The notes under the pieces were generated by a model. It did not search any database, was not told the DNA's origin, and saw only the letters and a list, made by a program, of their open reading frames with translations. Both the position numbers and the translations under genes were made by a program. From the NCBI GenBank assembly GCA_013265495.1, contig MU057632.1:418054-482053 (forward strand): a stretch of DNA of 64,000 bases, given 5' to 3'. The stretch is from Vicugna vicugna. Taxonomy: Eukaryota. Positions 62,346-64,000 of this stretch are shown piece after piece. Every line of letters starts with the position of its first letter. The stretch's first letter is position 1.

Positions 62346-63654
62346 ATGAAATCAAATATGGAGCATCAAGTACAACACCTTCCATTCACTGCTCTGGGCC
62401 AAGGTATACCGTCTGGAATCTCGGAACAGATGTGGTCAGGGGCAGAGCAGTCCTTAAAGGGGCATATGCTCCAGGGGATGGGGAACAGGGCACGGAGATG
62501 TGGGGCAGCCACCAGCTCCTTCCGCCAGCACAGCAAGGAGAACCTCCTGGAGGGTGGGGCCATGGCCTCTCCCTCCCACTCGGGTCTCTTTTGGAAGTGA
62601 TAAAAATAAGCAGAATTACCTTTCTGTGCCACAATTCATGTCACCACCCTGGCATTCCACCCATTAAAGACTCAGCTAAGTACTTCCTCATCCTTCCCAC
62701 CCTATTCCTAACAGCAAACAGGAGATGTCAGGGGTCAGTCACTCTCAGCGTGAATCCATTGAAACAGCTTATTTCCATGGTTCCTTATGGAGACAGATAA
62801 TTTAGTAAAAAGAGGAACGTGGGAGTCTTTGAGCAGTACTTTGGGGGCTGGGGCATTGAGGGGGCAAAGTACAAGTGAGGGGCTGTCACAGCCAAAGAGG
62901 ATGGAGGCACAAAGGGAAGGGAGGTGAGTGGTAGGAAGGGAAGCAATGAGGGCTGGGTGTTGGGGTCAAAAGAAAAAGAATGCAAGTCCTATTCTGTAAA
63001 CTGGAAATAATCAGAGAATCAGAGATAGTAGAGCTAGAAGTTTAGAAGATTATCTCTTCTGGAGGCTTCAGAAATGAATGCCTCCAGAGGTCAAGCAGAG
63101 ACTATCAGTCAGGGAAATGGGACGGAAGTGCTGTAACAGACAGCAGGGGGGACTGTGGAGAACTCAGGCAAGTGCAGCTTTCCCAAGGACAACGTACTTA
63201 ATAGTAACAACAACAATAACACTGGGCTGGCCAAAAGAACTTGACTGTAGGAGGAATTTGTCCAGTCCCTTCAATGTTACAAATGGAATTGCTAAGCGTT
63301 AAAATACATAAGAGAATATTTTATGATAAGATTTCATATAGAAATAGCTCAATCAGGGTCTCTTCTCCAAGGACTTGAAAGTTGGGTCAGATCTGAAGAT
63401 CTCACAAGGAGAAGGAAAATCCTCAAATTCTAGAGAGGCCCAGGAGTTTCCCAGTTCCCCGTTCAGGTAAGAACTCCTTTCAACCTCCAAGGCAACCAAA
63501 GAGCAAGTCCTGAGCACACCTGGAGACTTCTCAGAAGGAAGTTAAAATATTTCAGGGTGATACTAGATTCTGTAATCTGAAATGGGCACTGAAGATTTTG
63601 AAAGTGAATAGTTTGACATCAAACATTAATTACCCTTCACTGACAAGTTCAAAG

Positions 63655-63880
63655 AAAGAGACTTTGGATTTGTTCAAGCCTGTGTCTAGATTCCAGCTCC
63701 ATGGCTTATCAGCCATGGGACACAGGAAAAATCACTTCACTCTTCAATGCTGTCAACACCTGCTCACCTGGAAAATGGTGATGAGAAAACTTACCTTAGA
63801 GGATTGTGAAGTTATGAAGCAAAATGGAGATGCAAAGTGCCCAGCAGATCATAAGTACATGATGAATAACAGCTGCTGCT
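63655..63880 (+). mobile_element. MIR SINE
   Basis: ctagattccagctcc...tgctcacctggaaaatggtgatgagaaaacttacc...aggattgtgaag. Confidence 0.65.
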
Positions 63881-64000
63881 TTTATCTTTCATCATCCTTG
63901 TTGTGATTATCATTGTCATAGTTACAAGCACCGTCACCTAGCAAACCCTCCTGCCTTTGCCTGTTACCCCCTCCTGCTGAGATTTCCCAAACATGCAGGA

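Noticed and set aside
1..64000. CRISPR arrays, operons or other prokaryotic-type systems
   Set aside because: The sequence is mammalian, with no regularly spaced repeat-spacer arrays or long gene-like ORFs.

Overview
AT-rich, repeat-dense mammalian genomic DNA. It is most likely camelid (alpaca/llama/camel), judged from nine copies of a tRNA-Ala-derived SINE resembling the camelid vic-1 family and from artiodactyl-type L1 3' ends. I cannot recognise any protein-coding exon, RNA gene or CpG island, so the window reads as a large intron or intergenic region. The ORF track is explained by L1 ORF2 fragments, SINE antisense frames and chance. Well-supported content: many 5'-truncated L1s (several with clean TSDs, two with 5' inversions, two nested), SINEs, MaLR and ERV1 solo LTRs, Tigger/hAT DNA transposon fossils, L2/MIR/CR1 remnants, a 3'UTR-only processed retrocopy (~47.0-47.8 kb, minus strand) and a short interstitial telomeric repeat. 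The most interesting observations are atypical retrotransposition or repair scars and several speculative promoter/exon candidates. I see no convincing evidence of a novel biological system. Repeat subfamily names come from recalled consensus motifs, not from a search, and boundaries are approximate unless TSDs are given.
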